Source: the human T2T-CHM13v2.0 reference genome, Homo sapiens. Taken from it: a DNA stretch of 64,000 nucleotides. The position numbers and the translations under genes were made by a program. The stretch is from assembly GCF_009914755.1 (NCBI RefSeq), contig NC_060935.1; one strand, given 5' to 3'. The notes beneath the pieces are model-generated. The model had not been told where the DNA came from. It did no database searches and was given only the letters and a program-made list of their open reading frames with translations. How positions within the stretch are numbered: the stretch's first letter is position 1; the number at the start of each line of letters is the position of its first letter. This document shows, piece by piece, positions 30,353 to 52,129 of the stretch.

Positions 30353-32079
30353 CTAGAACATATCATTTGAAAGTACAAAAAGAGAGTGATGATGTATGGT
30401 TTTTGAGGAAGGCGGAACCTGATAGAGCAGCGAGGAAAACCTTCTGAAGTGCAATGATAATGACAGTGATTATACAGTGTAAATGTTGCTATTAGGTGAG
30501 CAACAGGGAGTGTTTTCTTGGCAAATGGGCTTTGAGCGTAAATGTTTCCAGAAATCATACATCATTTCAGCAAAGAAAATTAGGATACAGATGCAGAATG
30601 GAAGTAATAAGCCACTCAATCACAGATTTGAAAAAGTGGATGTGAAGGAAGTTAATTTTTAAAAACAATAATAGCAGTATCTTATGTTTATAAATATACC
30701 AGGCAGATTAGTAAGCACCCAAAATAATCATCTTGAGACCTGATTCTAGTTCTCCCCCCATTGTGTGTTACTTTCAATAAAGCATTTTACTTCTTTGTAC
30801 CTCTGTCCACCTATAAAATGCAAATAATACTTGCTATTGTCTTAAGTAGACCTGTTGGCTTCCTGAATCTGATCAATCTCATCATCCAAGGCAATGAAAG
30901 GAAGGTCTTCTTATGGGGCATCTTGGTCTTAGGCCCCAGTTCTTAGCTCCTGAGCTTCACCTTTTCTATGAGACTTTCTCAGGTGACTCATAGAGATTGT
31001 CCCTAATTGCCATCTCAAAAACTCGAGGCTTAGTTTTGTTACGGGAATTAGAGGGCTTCTTTAGAGCCTAATGACGGACAGAGGCAGAAATAAAGCCCAA
31101 CATAAAGATACGTGAAATTCATTTCAATAGAATTTATATGATAACTACTTCATATAAAGAATTTATGATATAAATTCTATTCTCTTGCCCATGACTAGGC
31201 TCTCTGAACTTTTATTCAGTAAAAACTGTTTCCACTGTAGTTTCTTTTATTTCCTATTTAGATTATATTATGCAATATTGCTTATTCTAATAAGACACTA
31301 TACAAAGTATAGTGATCTATCATTTTGATTGTATTTTCATAATTTCTCAAACTGCCTTCCAGGTGTTCCATTATGGATCCTACAGGCTATATTTTATAAC
31401 TTGATTGATTTGCTTCTCATTTTTATTTAGTATTGCTGAGTTGGATTTCCCTTAAACATGTCATTAAATGTTTTTCAATTCCTGCTTACTCTTGTTTTTT
31501 TTCAAACTTCATTACTTCATTACAGAATTTATTTTAAATCTTAGAGAAAATAAAAAGTTGATAGTAACACCATATGCTACACACTGCTCAAGACAGAGCA
31601 ATAAAGTTCAAATCAAATACATAATTTTAAACAAAAAAAAAACAGCAAAATACTGTACTTAAGTAGAATAGGTAGTAACTCAATACGGTTGGTTTCTATA
31701 CTCCAGAAAGTCAAGTAAATAAAATATCTCCCATTATGTCAAGAGTAAAGAAGCACATTGAGGGTTGAAGTACAAAAGCCAACACTGTGAAAATAGACCA
31801 TTTCAAATCATTATGCACACGGTCTCTTCATTCTTGTTATAAATCATACTAAATATTGCCAAAATTCATCTTGGAAGTTGCATAAGGATCATTCCTTAGA
31901 AAGATATTTACAGTAATCAATAGCTTTTGTGGAAGTATGGCATGTCTTGGTGCTCCTTGGGGCACAATATTGCTTAATTCTCCAAAGGGAGAACCCCCGA
32001 CTCCCCAATTCAAAAGAACAGGCAAGTACATAGGGTGTGGCTTGATAGTGACGTTAAGAAGAAAAGGAAATTTACACAT

Positions 32080-32280
32080 TGTTGAACCACTACCAGATGT
32101 CAGGTAGTACATAGTTTTACACATATTTTTTATTTTGAATTTCACAACAACCCTCTGAGAAATCTGAGACATACAGAAGTTGAGGAATTTGCATGATATC
32201 ACACACCTGGCAGAAATGGAACCAGGATTCAAATTAGGTCTGTCTGGAAAGTCCATTATCCTTTCACTGGGCCATGCTGC
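32080..32280 (-). mobile_element. MIR
   Basis: 'ttcacaacaaccctctgaga...ctgagacatacagaagttgagg...ggaaccaggattcaaa'. Confidence 0.6.
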
Positions 32281-32591
32281 ATGGCTGCAAGACCTTTCAT
32301 ATTCCCATAAAATACATCCTTAACTGGTCTGCCTAAAAAGCAGCAATCATCCCTCTTTCATCCCTCTTTCTACTTGCCTGAAATTATTACCCCCATTAGC
32401 CTGATAATAGGATCAAGATGACAGGTTTTAGAAAAATTACCATTGAGAATTGTTACCCCAAAGAGCACAGCTGCATGCCTTTGTGTTGCCTTCTCCAGAG
32501 CAAAAGTTAGTTGATCACATATGATAACTATTGCTTTAAAAAAAACAAACGCCAAATCTGGTTTGTGTGCTTCGACAAATGAGATTCATGG

Positions 32592-33418
<827 letters not shown>

Positions 33419-33805
33419 ATGGGACTGCAATAAGATGTTAAAAACAGTAAGGGACATCACAAAGAAAGGGCAAATAATGGTGAGGCATCCATTCCCTTAA
33501 CAGGTGGGAGGCGGGAAGTAGTCAATGAATGGAGAAGGCAGACTGAGGGTCAGGATTTGTAGAATGGGGTTGTAGGCAAAAGGACACAGCCAGGAAATAT
33601 GGAAGCTCTGGCCAAGGGTCAGGATAAAGACTTCACAGAAGTAGAGAAAGGAATCATAGGTGGGACATAAAAGGAAAATGCAACCACACATAAAAAGGAA
33701 TTTCAAATCACCATTGCTCACCTCAAAATAGTCATTCCAAAAGTCAAAGAAACAATATAGATGTATGTATGTATAATGTATATATTCTTGTTCCACTTTG
33801 CCACT

Positions 33806-34409
33806 TTTGGGGGTGCAGAAAATAATCACCCAAATTATGACATTTGGGCATGCTGAGTGCTTTTGAAAACCGAAAGGCCTCAGAAATTAGTCTCAGAATC
33901 ATGCTCCCCCTAAGCTTGTCTTGTTTCTCCCCCTGAAGCACAGGGAGGGGCTCTCTCTGGAATTTTCTAATCTGGCCAAGAAAGCTTCTTACTAAAAGAA
34001 ACACAAGCGCCTTCTATCCACTCCCTGTTATCTGATTGCAGAAAATAAAACAAGAAAGCAACCAGACCTGGATGGACTTTTTAGCAAGACAATGCCTGCC
34101 TGTTGGGCTCATTCAAATTCCAAAGAAAATTATTTACAAATTAATTTCTGTCTCCTTGGTCCATTCATTCTTTCTAGTAATCATTTACTGTATGTCAAAA
34201 AACTGTCACATTTCCCCTCTCCTCTGTCCCCTATATAAAAGGGTATATAAGCTTCTGTACTCTACTGGGAGATTGAGGTAATCACCATGAACTCCCCCAT
34301 GATGTTAATTAATCTGTATGCCTTTTTTTCCTATTGATCTGCCTTTTGTCAGTTGATTTTTTAGCAAAACTTCAGAGGGCAAAGGGGAAGTTTTCCCGTG
34401 TCTCCTACA
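33806..34409 (+). mobile_element. MER39/MER34-like solo LTR (ERV1)
   Basis: start 'ggggtgcagaaaataatcacccaaattatgacatttgggcatgctgagtgc'; end 'cttcagagggcaaaggggaagttttccc...ctaca'. Confidence 0.7.
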
Positions 34410-34412
34410 TAA

Positions 34413-35181
<769 letters not shown>

Positions 35182-35219
35182 CATAAGAAGCATTCTGAAT
35201 TTATGATCAGAAGTTATAC

Positions 35220-35620
35220 CAAGGCATTTAGCAGCCAACCGGCATTTTAAATTCAATGCCCCAAACTGAAGTTATTATCTCTTTCCCCCCTCCATGATTA
35301 CCCCAAAATAGCAACCTAACTTTCCTGTACTTTCCTTTCCTTGGAGATAAAATTCTCATTGAATAGTGCAAGCCAGAAATTTAGGAGTCATTCCAGATTC
35401 TTTTGTCTACCTCACATTTACATCCAGTCAATCACTAAGTTCTGTCAATTATATCTCTAAGCATCTCTCCAGTCATCCCTTCATCTCCATCCCCATTAGT
35501 ATATCTTGATTCACACTCATTATTTTTCATTTAAATTATTATAACACTGCTGACAGTATTCTTTCTAACATGCAAATTTGATTAATTTACTTCCCCTGTT
35601 TAAAAATCATTGAGTTGCTC
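35220..35620 (+). mobile_element. L2 fragment
   Basis: 'caagccagaaatttaggagtcattccagattc...catccagtcaatcactaagttctgtcaatt'. Confidence 0.6.
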
Positions 35621-35621
35621 A

Positions 35622-36071
35622 TGTAAACCAAAAATAAAATTCTAAGCCCCCAACCAACTGAATGGACTCCTCCTCTCAGCCAAGGGCATTCCAAGTTAAC
35701 CAGAAACACCAGTTCAGGCCATGATTGGAATGGGTGGTTGGACATGCCTCTTTATAGCTTTCTTTCTTTGGAATTCAGGCTCAACTGACCAGCATTAACA
35801 TTAAAACAGAGACCTTAACTCTAACTGAGCAGACTGTTTGTAGATAAACAAATACAAGCATGACAGACAGCATTAACATTAAAACAGAGACCTTAACTCT
35901 AACTGAGCAGACTGTTTGTAGATAAACAATACAATAAAATACAAGCATGACAGACAGCAGACTCTGAAAGAAACACCAAAAGAAACACTAAGTGCCTTCT
36001 ATCCACTACCTGTTACCTCATTATTTATAGCTGAAAAGAAAACTAAAGAATGCAACCACACCTGGATGGAC

Positions 36072-36072
<1 letters not shown>
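35622..36072 (+). mobile_element. MER4-family LTR, 3'-truncated by an L1
   Basis: starts TGTAAACCAAAAATAAAATTCTAAGCCCCCAACC; internal tandem duplication; the last ~100 bp resemble the MER39-like LTR at 33990-34080. Confidence 0.75.
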
Positions 36073-40684
<4,612 letters not shown>

Positions 40685-41388
40685 CTAAATCATAATAGAG
40701 TCACTGCAGTATTTCACTTGGAGGAATCAGATGTATGCCTAGGTCCTCTCGCACTATTCATTTTTTTCTATGCCTCATCTTTCGTGCCCCACTACCCTAT
40801 ATCTCCACAAAATAAAGGAGATAAAAAAGTGATTTCCAACTTTCAATCTTTTAGTATCATAGCAGTTTTAAGCCAAAAATTATCTCATGTCTTTGAATAA
40901 TTTCAAGACATAACGTAAAAATTGATATAAATTAAAACTAACTTAAAAAAATGATTTAAGTATTTATTGTCTCCTATACACCAACCACACTCATCAGATA
41001 TTACCTACATTTATTTATATATATAATCACTCAAAACTCAGATATACGACAGTCACTCTCCTGCATGAGAAGAACAAAGGGGAAGGCCTATAAATTTTCA
41101 CAATGTCACCTTCTTATAAAGTCATTATTTCCTTCCCCTTGTTCTTCAGGGGTATTCCAAGTCTCCAGCTTTCACAATTCCTGGGTCTTATCTCATGAAG
41201 GAGCCAATACATTTTTTTTTTCATGATAGCAAATGTGCCACATCTATCATCTGATTTGGATCTAATTTATCTGAGGGTTGAATATCATCTTGATCTTTGG
41301 TTTAGTACTTGGTATGCTGACATTTTGTTGAGAAACTGCCAAATCATTACCAGGAGCACCACATTTGACTGATTTCCAACGTCACTGT

Positions 41389-41389
41389 T

Positions 41390-41424
<35 letters not shown>

Positions 41425-41440
41425 TACACGCATGTGCACA
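41389..41440. repeat. (CT)n(CA)n microsatellite
   Basis: direct reading of the sequence. Confidence 0.85.
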
Positions 41441-43437
41441 CTTACCCATTCTTATGAATATTAATTTTTCAAATGCTTTTTTGGCTGGTCTTCCCCACAT
41501 TTCACATATATCTTAGAACAGAGGAACAGAAGACACTACAAAAGTGAAAGATAATTAACTCTTGTCTCTTCGTTTCATAAATTAAAAAAAAAACAGATAA
41601 CATTTCTTGCCAAAGGATTATAGCCCAGTACTTTGGATTTTTAGTTTTAAAAATTTGTGACATCATGCTATTTTGTTTTTTGCACATTTTTGGCAAATTT
41701 TGACAATATATTTTCTATTTATAATATGCCATTTAATAAATCAGGCTTTAATGTTATAATACATGAAATTTTTGTGGTATATACACAATTTATACTAAAT
41801 AGTTCAGTGCTCAGCACAAGAAGATGATCAATTGATCAGTTGATTGAATAAAAGATTGAATATTCACTGAGTTTTCATTATGTGCAAGGTATTTTTCTAG
41901 GCATAAAAGATTTGATTAGCACTTTTATTGAAATTAAATCAAATATATGGAAAATGATCTGTTAATTACTTTAAAACATTTTTAAAATGAGTGTGGGGTT
42001 TTCTGGATTATTATCCATTATTTTCTTTATATTTTACTTTCTTTTTTCCAAAAATACCTATCTTTTTAAATGACAATCAAACATACTCCCTGTGAATTTA
42101 ATATATTAAAGAATACTTATCAAGATTCTTCCTAAATTTTGATTAGTCAGTTGCTCATGTTTAAAAGAAATAAATGGTCTAATCAACTTTAAATTATACT
42201 AGGTTTCTCATAACAGCTTTGTTGCTGATAAGAAGCCTAGTTGAGATTTATGTGTTTAACAATAAAGGAAAAGCTGTACTTTTGTTTGAGGCATGTGCTT
42301 TAAAGACAAAAGGACTAATTTTTTATTTTTAATAAAATGTTAATGAAAATTTCTAGATAGTCCAATATCAGGCATCCCAAGCTCCAGCAAAGGCTGGATA
42401 ACAATATATATAACCATATATATAGGATAACAATTTCCCATGATTCCTTGTTAATGTGGCCCTGTTTGCTATCCAAGACTAAGAGTTTAATCTCCAAGTC
42501 GAATCACCCTTGGGTTTCCTCTAAAAACAAAATTGCTCAACTAGCTAATGAGATTGTCCTTTTCCAACATTTGTCAGCTATTTACTGATCTACCTATCTG
42601 CCTTTGAGAAGCTGGGCTGTGATCCATCTTGCACAGATCACCAAACACCCACCAAAGGGTAATAGCTTTAGCTCTTTAGACCCAGAGCTTAGAGATGAAA
42701 GAATCTGAATCTCATTTTAAACTGCCTGAACTATCCATTTAATCAGATTAAAGCCAATTTCATATTGCACATAAAAAGTTATAAGAAAAAGAGGCAGAAG
42801 AGCCACAGACTCTCCATTTGTTGCCTTTTTCTGGGAAATCATTCTCTAAATACACAGTCTTCATCTTCAGCTGCTATAGCTCATAGTAATTCCATATTCT
42901 TTTTTTACTCCTGCTTATACAATGCCCTTGCTGAATAATTTTTCCTCTTCAGAGGCATTTTTCCCTTTAACACAGTATGATACTTTATAGTCTGTTTACT
43001 TCAAACTGAGGAGTAACAGAATTTGTCCTTTTTTTTTTACATAATGATGAGGAAAGGGAGTCACACTTGATACTGAGAGTTGAAAATGTAAAGTGAAAAT
43101 GCAAGCTCCTAGAGTACAAAGAAATATTTATGGAATTATTATGAGACAGAGATCCAATTTTGATAAGTCTGGTATAGACCTATTATAGTGAGACATTCAA
43201 AACAAGAGAACCACAAACTGTGTTCACTTACAACAAAGAATGATATGAATTTCTACAGCAGCATTTTATTCCTTGAGCATGTACTAGTCCATTGATCAGT
43301 CAATGATCTCAAGCTTTTATTTTTTCATATTTACAAAAGAGGTAGAATTCTTGCTTTTCAGTGTATGAGCTCCAAGAGGGCAGGAATCATGTCTACTTTG
43401 TTTACTACAGCATGCCCAGAAAGAAACAGTAGGTAAG

Positions 43438-43481
<44 letters not shown>
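43438..43481. repeat. (TAGA)11 tetranucleotide STR
   Basis: perfect array. Confidence 0.92.
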
Positions 43482-43890
43482 GATGATAGACAGACACACA
43501 CTCTTTCATTTTGCTCAGTGAAAATTGTTTCACTTATTCCACCCCCACTCCTCAACAGTGTGTTTCCAGAATGTGGTTAAAAGGCTTAGGAAGCAGAATA
43601 TTTTACTGGGAAGCTTCTGGGTTCTTATGTCAGTCAAACCTAAGTTTCAAATTCATGTATATAATATTTGGCAATTTACAGAACTTAATTAGGCCTGTGT
43701 CTCTTATAGAAAATGGCACCAAGTAGGTGCTCAATAAATTGTAACTATTAGTACTTTTTAAAATGATTTTTAGAAGGTGAGGACAGGAGGAGAAGCAAGT
43801 CACAGAGCAGCCTGCATTTCCTTTTCACTATGCATACCTCCAAAAAGATAAGGTTTGAGAGCAACCTATCAGATTCCTTTCAATATCCTC

Positions 43891-43892
<2 letters not shown>

Positions 43893-43942
<50 letters not shown>
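43893..43942. repeat. (TG)25 microsatellite
   Basis: perfect array. Confidence 0.95.
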
Positions 43943-43944
<2 letters not shown>

Positions 43945-44130
43945 CATGCCATTCTCCTGCCTCAGCCTCCCGGGTAGCTGGGACTACAGGTGCCCGCCAC
44001 CATGCCCAGCTAATTTTTTGTATTTTTAGTAGAGAAGGGTTTTCACCGTGTTAGCCAGGATGGTCTCAATCTCCTGACCTCGTGATCCACCCACCTCAGC
44101 CTCCCAAAGTGCTGGGATTACAGGCGTGAG
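43943..44130 (-). mobile_element. AluY truncated at both ends
   Basis: 'ttcatgccattctcctgcctcagcc...gattacaggcgtgag'; direct repeat aatatcctct flanks the Alu plus (TG)n. Confidence 0.88.
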
Positions 44131-44324
44131 AATATCCTCTCTCCTTTAAGTAGTTGGAGGTGGCACTGTTGTAATTGTTTTTATTCTTATCTATGACTAC
44201 AAGTCTTCTGATCTAGTTTGCTGGCTTCCTCTTTTCCTGACACTTAAAAGTCAATAGTGGCTAAATTTATTATTCAGCCAAAGGTTATCTTTCTTGTAAG
44301 AATTTGGAGGCTAATATGGCTACT

Positions 44325-44600
44325 ATATATGTACAATACGCCAGGCACTGTTCTGAATTATATATATATATATATATATATATATTTTATACTTTAAGTT
44401 CTAGGGTACATGTGCACATTTTATCCTCATGACAACTGTTAGAGGTGAATGTTATATTGCTCTTCTTCCTCTCAATTTGCAGATGAAGAAATTGAAGAAC
44501 AGGAAGGATAATCTATCATCACAAAACTAGTAAACAGAAGTATTAGGATTCAAATCAGGCAGTCTGCCTCCAAATTCTACCTATGTTCTGAGCTACTATG
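44325..44600 (-). mobile_element. MIR containing a ~34-bp L1PA 3' tip (44385-44418) and (TA)13
   Basis: MIR 'ccaggcactgttctg...ttatcctcatgacaac...tttgcagatgaagaaattga'; L1 tip 'ttatactttaagttctagggtacatgtgcaca'. Confidence 0.7.
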
Positions 44601-46859
44601 CTAGAGGTTATCTCCAAGAACTTAGAAATAAAGGAAAAGGATCAGCCTCTGAGAATTAAACCCTAAGATGGTGATTAAGAGATTAGAAAAGAAATATGGA
44701 AAATCGCCTGAAAAACAAAAAAAAGAACAGAAGGGAAGAAGAGAAGAAGGAAAAAAATGACTTTTCAACCATGGCACCTGACTGTAAACTTTTTTAAAAA
44801 AATAGTTGGAATGAAAGTTATTAGCTAACAAGACATTTAAAAAGAAATCACAGAAGTAGATACTGGGATTTTTCACTTCAATTACATGGTGTTCATATTT
44901 TGACAGACAACCACAGCTCCCTCACTCTCTGTGTTTACTCTCTTTCTACCAGGTTTCCCATGTGGCTTTCAACTTAAATAACACCCTCTACAAGCAGTCT
45001 GCACTGACTAATCCAGATCCCAGTCTTTTCCTCTAATTTTCCATAGTATTTAAATCTGGGCTGCTCATGTATTTACCCATTCAGACAACAAATATTTGAG
45101 CACTGAACCATGCTCTAAAAATTATTGCAATATTCAAAACCAGAGATAATGAGGTGCTGAACCAGGGCAGTGAAAGGGATGCTGTGTTCAAGTGTTCAAG
45201 GCAAAGACTATAAAATCAGAGCCAGTATAATTTAGCACATGCTATATATTGTCTTGCAGTGTTCCAAATTGCTTCAAGTGTTATCAATAATGTCTTCTGA
45301 ACCAGATGTAAACTTCTAGCTGGAACCAAACACTGAATCTTAAATTCTTTCAAATACTCAGAATAGTGTGGCAATTAGTAGATATCTGATAAATAATTGC
45401 TTATTGAATGTACACAGATACAACTTAAGGAGCCATTACCCTTCTCTTTATAAGACAATGGTAGATTTTAACAACTTCTTGTTGGCTTCCTCAGTTTAAA
45501 ACAAAATGGCATCTATTTCCTCACAGCTAATTACTTTTTTTCTTTATCTTACCTAAGTTTTTTTCTCTTCAGAACTCACTACTCTGCGCTTTATCTAAAT
45601 TTATACTAGATTTGCCATTTGTTAATATAAGAACCAAAAATTTAAAAACCTCCAGGAATGCAATTTCAGCAAATTATTTAGTGAAAAGCAGATAAAGCCT
45701 TGATCTTCCCTAGACTATGCAAAGACATTGTTATCACACGAATAATTTACACAGTCTCATTAAGTTGGCTTTTAACCTCATGTCCCAATGGGTGGAGTTC
45801 ACTTCAGATTCTCTAATGAACACATCTTCAAGCTCAAGATAGCTCAATGCTCAGTGGTAATTAGGATTAGATGAATGGAAGCAATCCGCTTCATTCAACA
45901 TATGTCTTCACTCTATAAAATTCCACCAAGTATAAGAAGATTAATTTAAGCCTACCTTTCAACCAGCAATTAACAAAAACAAACCATAAGTTCTCAACCT
46001 TAAAGGGAAAAATAATTGTATTTTCAGAGATCAGAGCAAGATAAGAATAGGAAAAACTACTTTACTAAAATCTATACCCTTTCAATATCAAGCTGGTCAT
46101 TATAATTTGTTCAAGAAACATTTAATCACAAATCTGATGTGTACATAGTGCTATGCTGAGCACTGTGGGAGAAATAAAGATCAATAAGACATGGCTCTTG
46201 CCCTTAAGCACCTCTTAATCAACTAGAGGTGATATGCACAACAAATAATTGTTTAACATGGTTGTAATTATGCTGTAGTATAATTAGAGAGCTGACAGTT
46301 CAGGCAATGCTCTTTAATAAGAAACATGATATGACAGCAAACACCATAGGGGAGGGCGCAACAACGTGAACAAAACAATAAGAAACTCAATGACTGTTAA
46401 AGTAGGGTGGTGAAGGAGTACTACAGAGGAGTAGAATACATTATAGCACAAAAAAAGGAAGAGGTTCTCCCCGTCACACACAAAAGAAAAGAAGATTTGG
46501 GTGATGAGACATGATCATGTCTAAAGAACTATCGTGTGAAAAAAATGGTTTATATAACCAAGTGTTCTCCAGAGGATGGAGCTTACAACATGAGAAAAAT
46601 TATCAGAGAGACTCATTCTCTCTATACTCAGCTCACACACCCTGCATACTCAGGGCGTGTGCTGAAGCAGAGCGAAAGATTACCCACAGGCATTATACAG
46701 ATGATCCCTGTGCTGTGTGAAGGATTCAGTTGGACGGAAAAGTCCTCTACAATTCAAAACTCCTGTGGTATGATTTTTAACACACTTGTCAGCGGTTTCT
46801 AGTTGTCAGTTTAGAAAACAAGGGTTTTAAAATAAAAGTACGCAATACACTGTAACAAC

Positions 46860-47090
46860 TGAGAATATAGGCTGTAATGTCTGAAAGGCTTCCATTCTTC
46901 TAATCACTAGGTGTGTAACTTTGAGTGTGGCTTAGCCTTTTTGTGCTTCCGTTTCCTCACCTGTAGGAGGAGAATAATATTAGGGCTTAAGTCACATAAT
47001 TGTTCTTAGGATTAAATGACATAAGACATGTAAAAAGCCTAGCACAATGTTCTGTAAGCATTTAGTACATGGTAAGTTTTGTTATTAGCT
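46860..47090 (+). mobile_element. MIR
   Basis: 'gtgtaactttgagtgtggcttagcctttttgtgcttccgtttcctcacctgta...ggattaaatgacataa'. Confidence 0.65.
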
Positions 47091-47469
47091 GGGTCTTACC
47101 TTCACTACTATTCTTCTACAACCCAGTTCATCCTCCTCATAGCTGTAAGTCTTATTTTTGCTTAGAATCAGTCAGGGCCACCTCTTCACTGGAGAATGCT
47201 GTCCTAACTGATTAGTTTGGTCTGATCTTCTCCGTGGAGTCTTATCTTTGACTTTTATCCCACCACACAGGAGGCTCCTTCCAAATTGCTTCCAGTTTTA
47301 AATTACCAGGATGCTTCAAACTTTGCTCACACTTTCAACTTTACTGGAAGTGTCCTCCCCTTCTCCCAAGCTAAGAGTGATTCAACTTCAAAATTCTCTT
47401 CCAGGACGCCCTTCTCAATAAAATCTCTCCTGGTATCAACATAAAATTGAACACAGAAGAAGTCTTCAT

Positions 47470-49270
<1,801 letters not shown>

Positions 49271-50841
49271 CACAGACTTTTCTTTACAAAACATGCCATT
49301 TTGTAAATAAGTGAAATTATTCCTTTTAGTAAATAAATGAAATTATTCCTTTTTTATCTTTGACCTCTCAGGGATGATATTTTTCTTTTTTGAAATTATT
49401 GAATAAATGAAAAAACAAAAATGACTCAATTTATTTTGTTGATACTGAGTATCTTATTCTAAAACTTTGAGCATGTCAAGGACACAGGAATAAAGTTGAG
49501 GAGCAGCCTTTAATAAAAGCAAAATTTTCTCTCTAAAAATTACTGAGCTAACTGCAAAAGCATCACTAATTTGCCAGGACTAAAGGTAGAGCTGGTTTAA
49601 TGACAGGCATAGTAACAAAGCTTGCACACACTGTCACAGAAGATGCAAAATTTCACAGTTAACTAACTAGATTGAACCTTAAAACAATTAGTGAACAAAA
49701 GAGTGTTGTGATTTCTGGAGCAGTGGGGTTAGGAGTCTTCGGCAAGTACCAAATTATCCACACAGTTTACATATTTTAGAACATCTGAAGAGTAAGTGAA
49801 ACCATCATGGTATTTACTAGGCACAAACTGACTTATCAATTAAATGCAATGTCCTACTAAGAAGAAATACAGGAAATGCAGAGACTGCCTCTGTGCGTAA
49901 TCTTCTATAAATTTCCCAGGAGTTTTTAGTAAGCTATTCTCCTATTAAGGAAGCTGTCAAACAGCTAGAATAATGAAGGGGAATGGAAAGGAAAGGAGGC
50001 TTGAACAGATAGAGGAAGAGTTTTTGAAAAACAAACAAGTCTCTAAAATTTACATTAAGGATGACGATTTCCTCTAATTGTAGGAAGACATCTATGGTTA
50101 ACTATGTTGTCTAATATTAGTAAGAAACTTGAGTTATTTATCTCTGCCAGATAATACACAGACATTCATCTAGCTAAAGTTCTAAATTAGCAGTGCCTAA
50201 CATGTTGTAGGAGCTCAATCTTTGAAAATAAATAAGAGAAAGGACCAATTTAATCCTGAAGGTTCACTGTGAATGGTAAATACATTTCAAAAACTATATT
50301 TTACCTTTTAAGTACCTACTATGTAACAGACATCATGCTAGGATCTAGTCATTTGGAAAAAATTTTAAGTGCTTTGGCATTTTAATGTTCATAAGACATG
50401 GAAATGTTCATTCATCTTTTCATATAGTTGTCAAAGTATAACAATGGTTACTGAGGATAAATTCAGAGTCCCTCTTCCCATGCAATGCAGGGAAATTATA
50501 GTTTGTATATTACAAGTTGACAGCATCATTTCTCATATGGTTTGCAGGATGATTGGTTCATAGGATTAAAGTGGGTCTAGTCTTTTCCAGTCTTAAAACA
50601 AAAGTCATGTTTCCTATTATTAATAGAAGATTTGTCAGAAAGTATATATAATTGTATTAGCAGTTGGTGCTGAAGACCAATGTTCTACAGATGAGCTGGG
50701 TTATAACAAGGTTCTTTCATTTCTGCAGTAATAAGCACCTTGGCTGAGGTCCAGCTATGTTTCTACTTATAGAAAAAAAATCACTAATGCCTAAAAATAT
50801 AGGTATTTGTATCAGTATCTAGAATGATCTTGTTAAGATGG

Positions 50842-51314
50842 TGTAGCAAACACTGTCTATGCCCCCAACCATATTCCTTAGGCCTTACTATTATGGTGCA
50901 AGCCAGACTTCCAAACTGCCTTAGGGCTTTTTCTGGAGCTAAAGTCCACTCTGCCAGTATGCAGAGCAGACTGGAGTACCAGGGAATCAAGAGATACTCC
51001 TTCCCACTAAGAAGCAGCCCTTAACTAATAATTGACAGGGATTAGTATATAATAAATACCCTAGCTGCTTCGTCACTGTGGGTGACAGAGATATAATTAA
51101 TTGAGGCTGACTGATTCTACACTGACACATGGAGTTGCCAGTGAGATTAAGGTACTAGCTTGTTAATGCATCCTTTATTAGCTACCTTACCTTCCCTGCC
51201 TTTTTTCCTTACTGCCCTTCTGATGCTTTCTGGGATCATCTCTGAAAAAAACCATTTAAACATAAATGTGAATACTTGTTTGGGGGCCTCTTCTTGGGGA
51301 ACATAAACTAGACA
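50842..51314 (+). mobile_element. LTR16-like solo LTR (ERVL)
   Basis: 'tgtagcaaacactgtctatgcccc' ... 'tctgggatcatctc...cttggggaacataaactagaca'. Confidence 0.6.
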
Positions 51315-52129
51315 GAATTGTTAAGCCCTTATAATATTCATTGTTACTGACTTTAATAGTAATACATTTAGTGTTAACAATTCCATGAAGCATGACATAG
51401 AATGTGATTTCAGATAGATTTTCAAAATAGCTTTAAGGAAACATTCTTTTAATTTAGTTTTATCACATAGTTTTTTTGTTTTTCCCTATCCTTCTGAGCT
51501 TTTTTTTTTGGTTCAGAGTTGGTACATTGTTTAACCACCATGTATCACCAAAAAATTATAAAGGTGCTTCCATCTCCTAGAGAGGATTAGAATTATAGAC
51601 GGGGGCAAGAAACAATGCCAGTCATACTTTAATCTGGGACCCTCACCCTACAGACAAAAATGTAAGAATATAAGGCCAAAAAACATGAAATAAGTTTCCT
51701 AACACCATACAGCTGGTCAATTATTTAGTCACAAGAATTGTTGTTTATAAAAATCTAACTTAAAAAAAATCATTAGCAAACCTAGGACGGCATCCCACCT
51801 TGCTGACTCTCAGGAGCGGCTCTTTTTGTAATACTATCCTAAATAGCATCCTTCTTTGTGCAGGTAAGATTAATGGCAAAGGGTATCCCAGAAAACAATA
51901 ATGGGAGAGAATGAGAAGATCACATGCCTATATATAATTTATGAGTCTGATATTTAAATAGGTCAAATTCTCTATTCTTTGATTCATTAACTTGCACACG
52001 TGTAAGTCTGGTAGGAAAGGGCTGGGAACTGCACAGTTGAATGACAAGAGGAAGAGTTATCTGGAATCTGTGTTAACCTTTAAAATTGAACTTCTGTATC
52101 TTCAATTGAACCAGTAGACTTATTTCACA

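Noticed and set aside
46511-46802. Overlapping ORFs in unique sequence
   Set aside because: No recognisable homology and no clear splice context
49303-49353. 26-bp tandem duplication
   Set aside because: Real but ordinary slippage duplication
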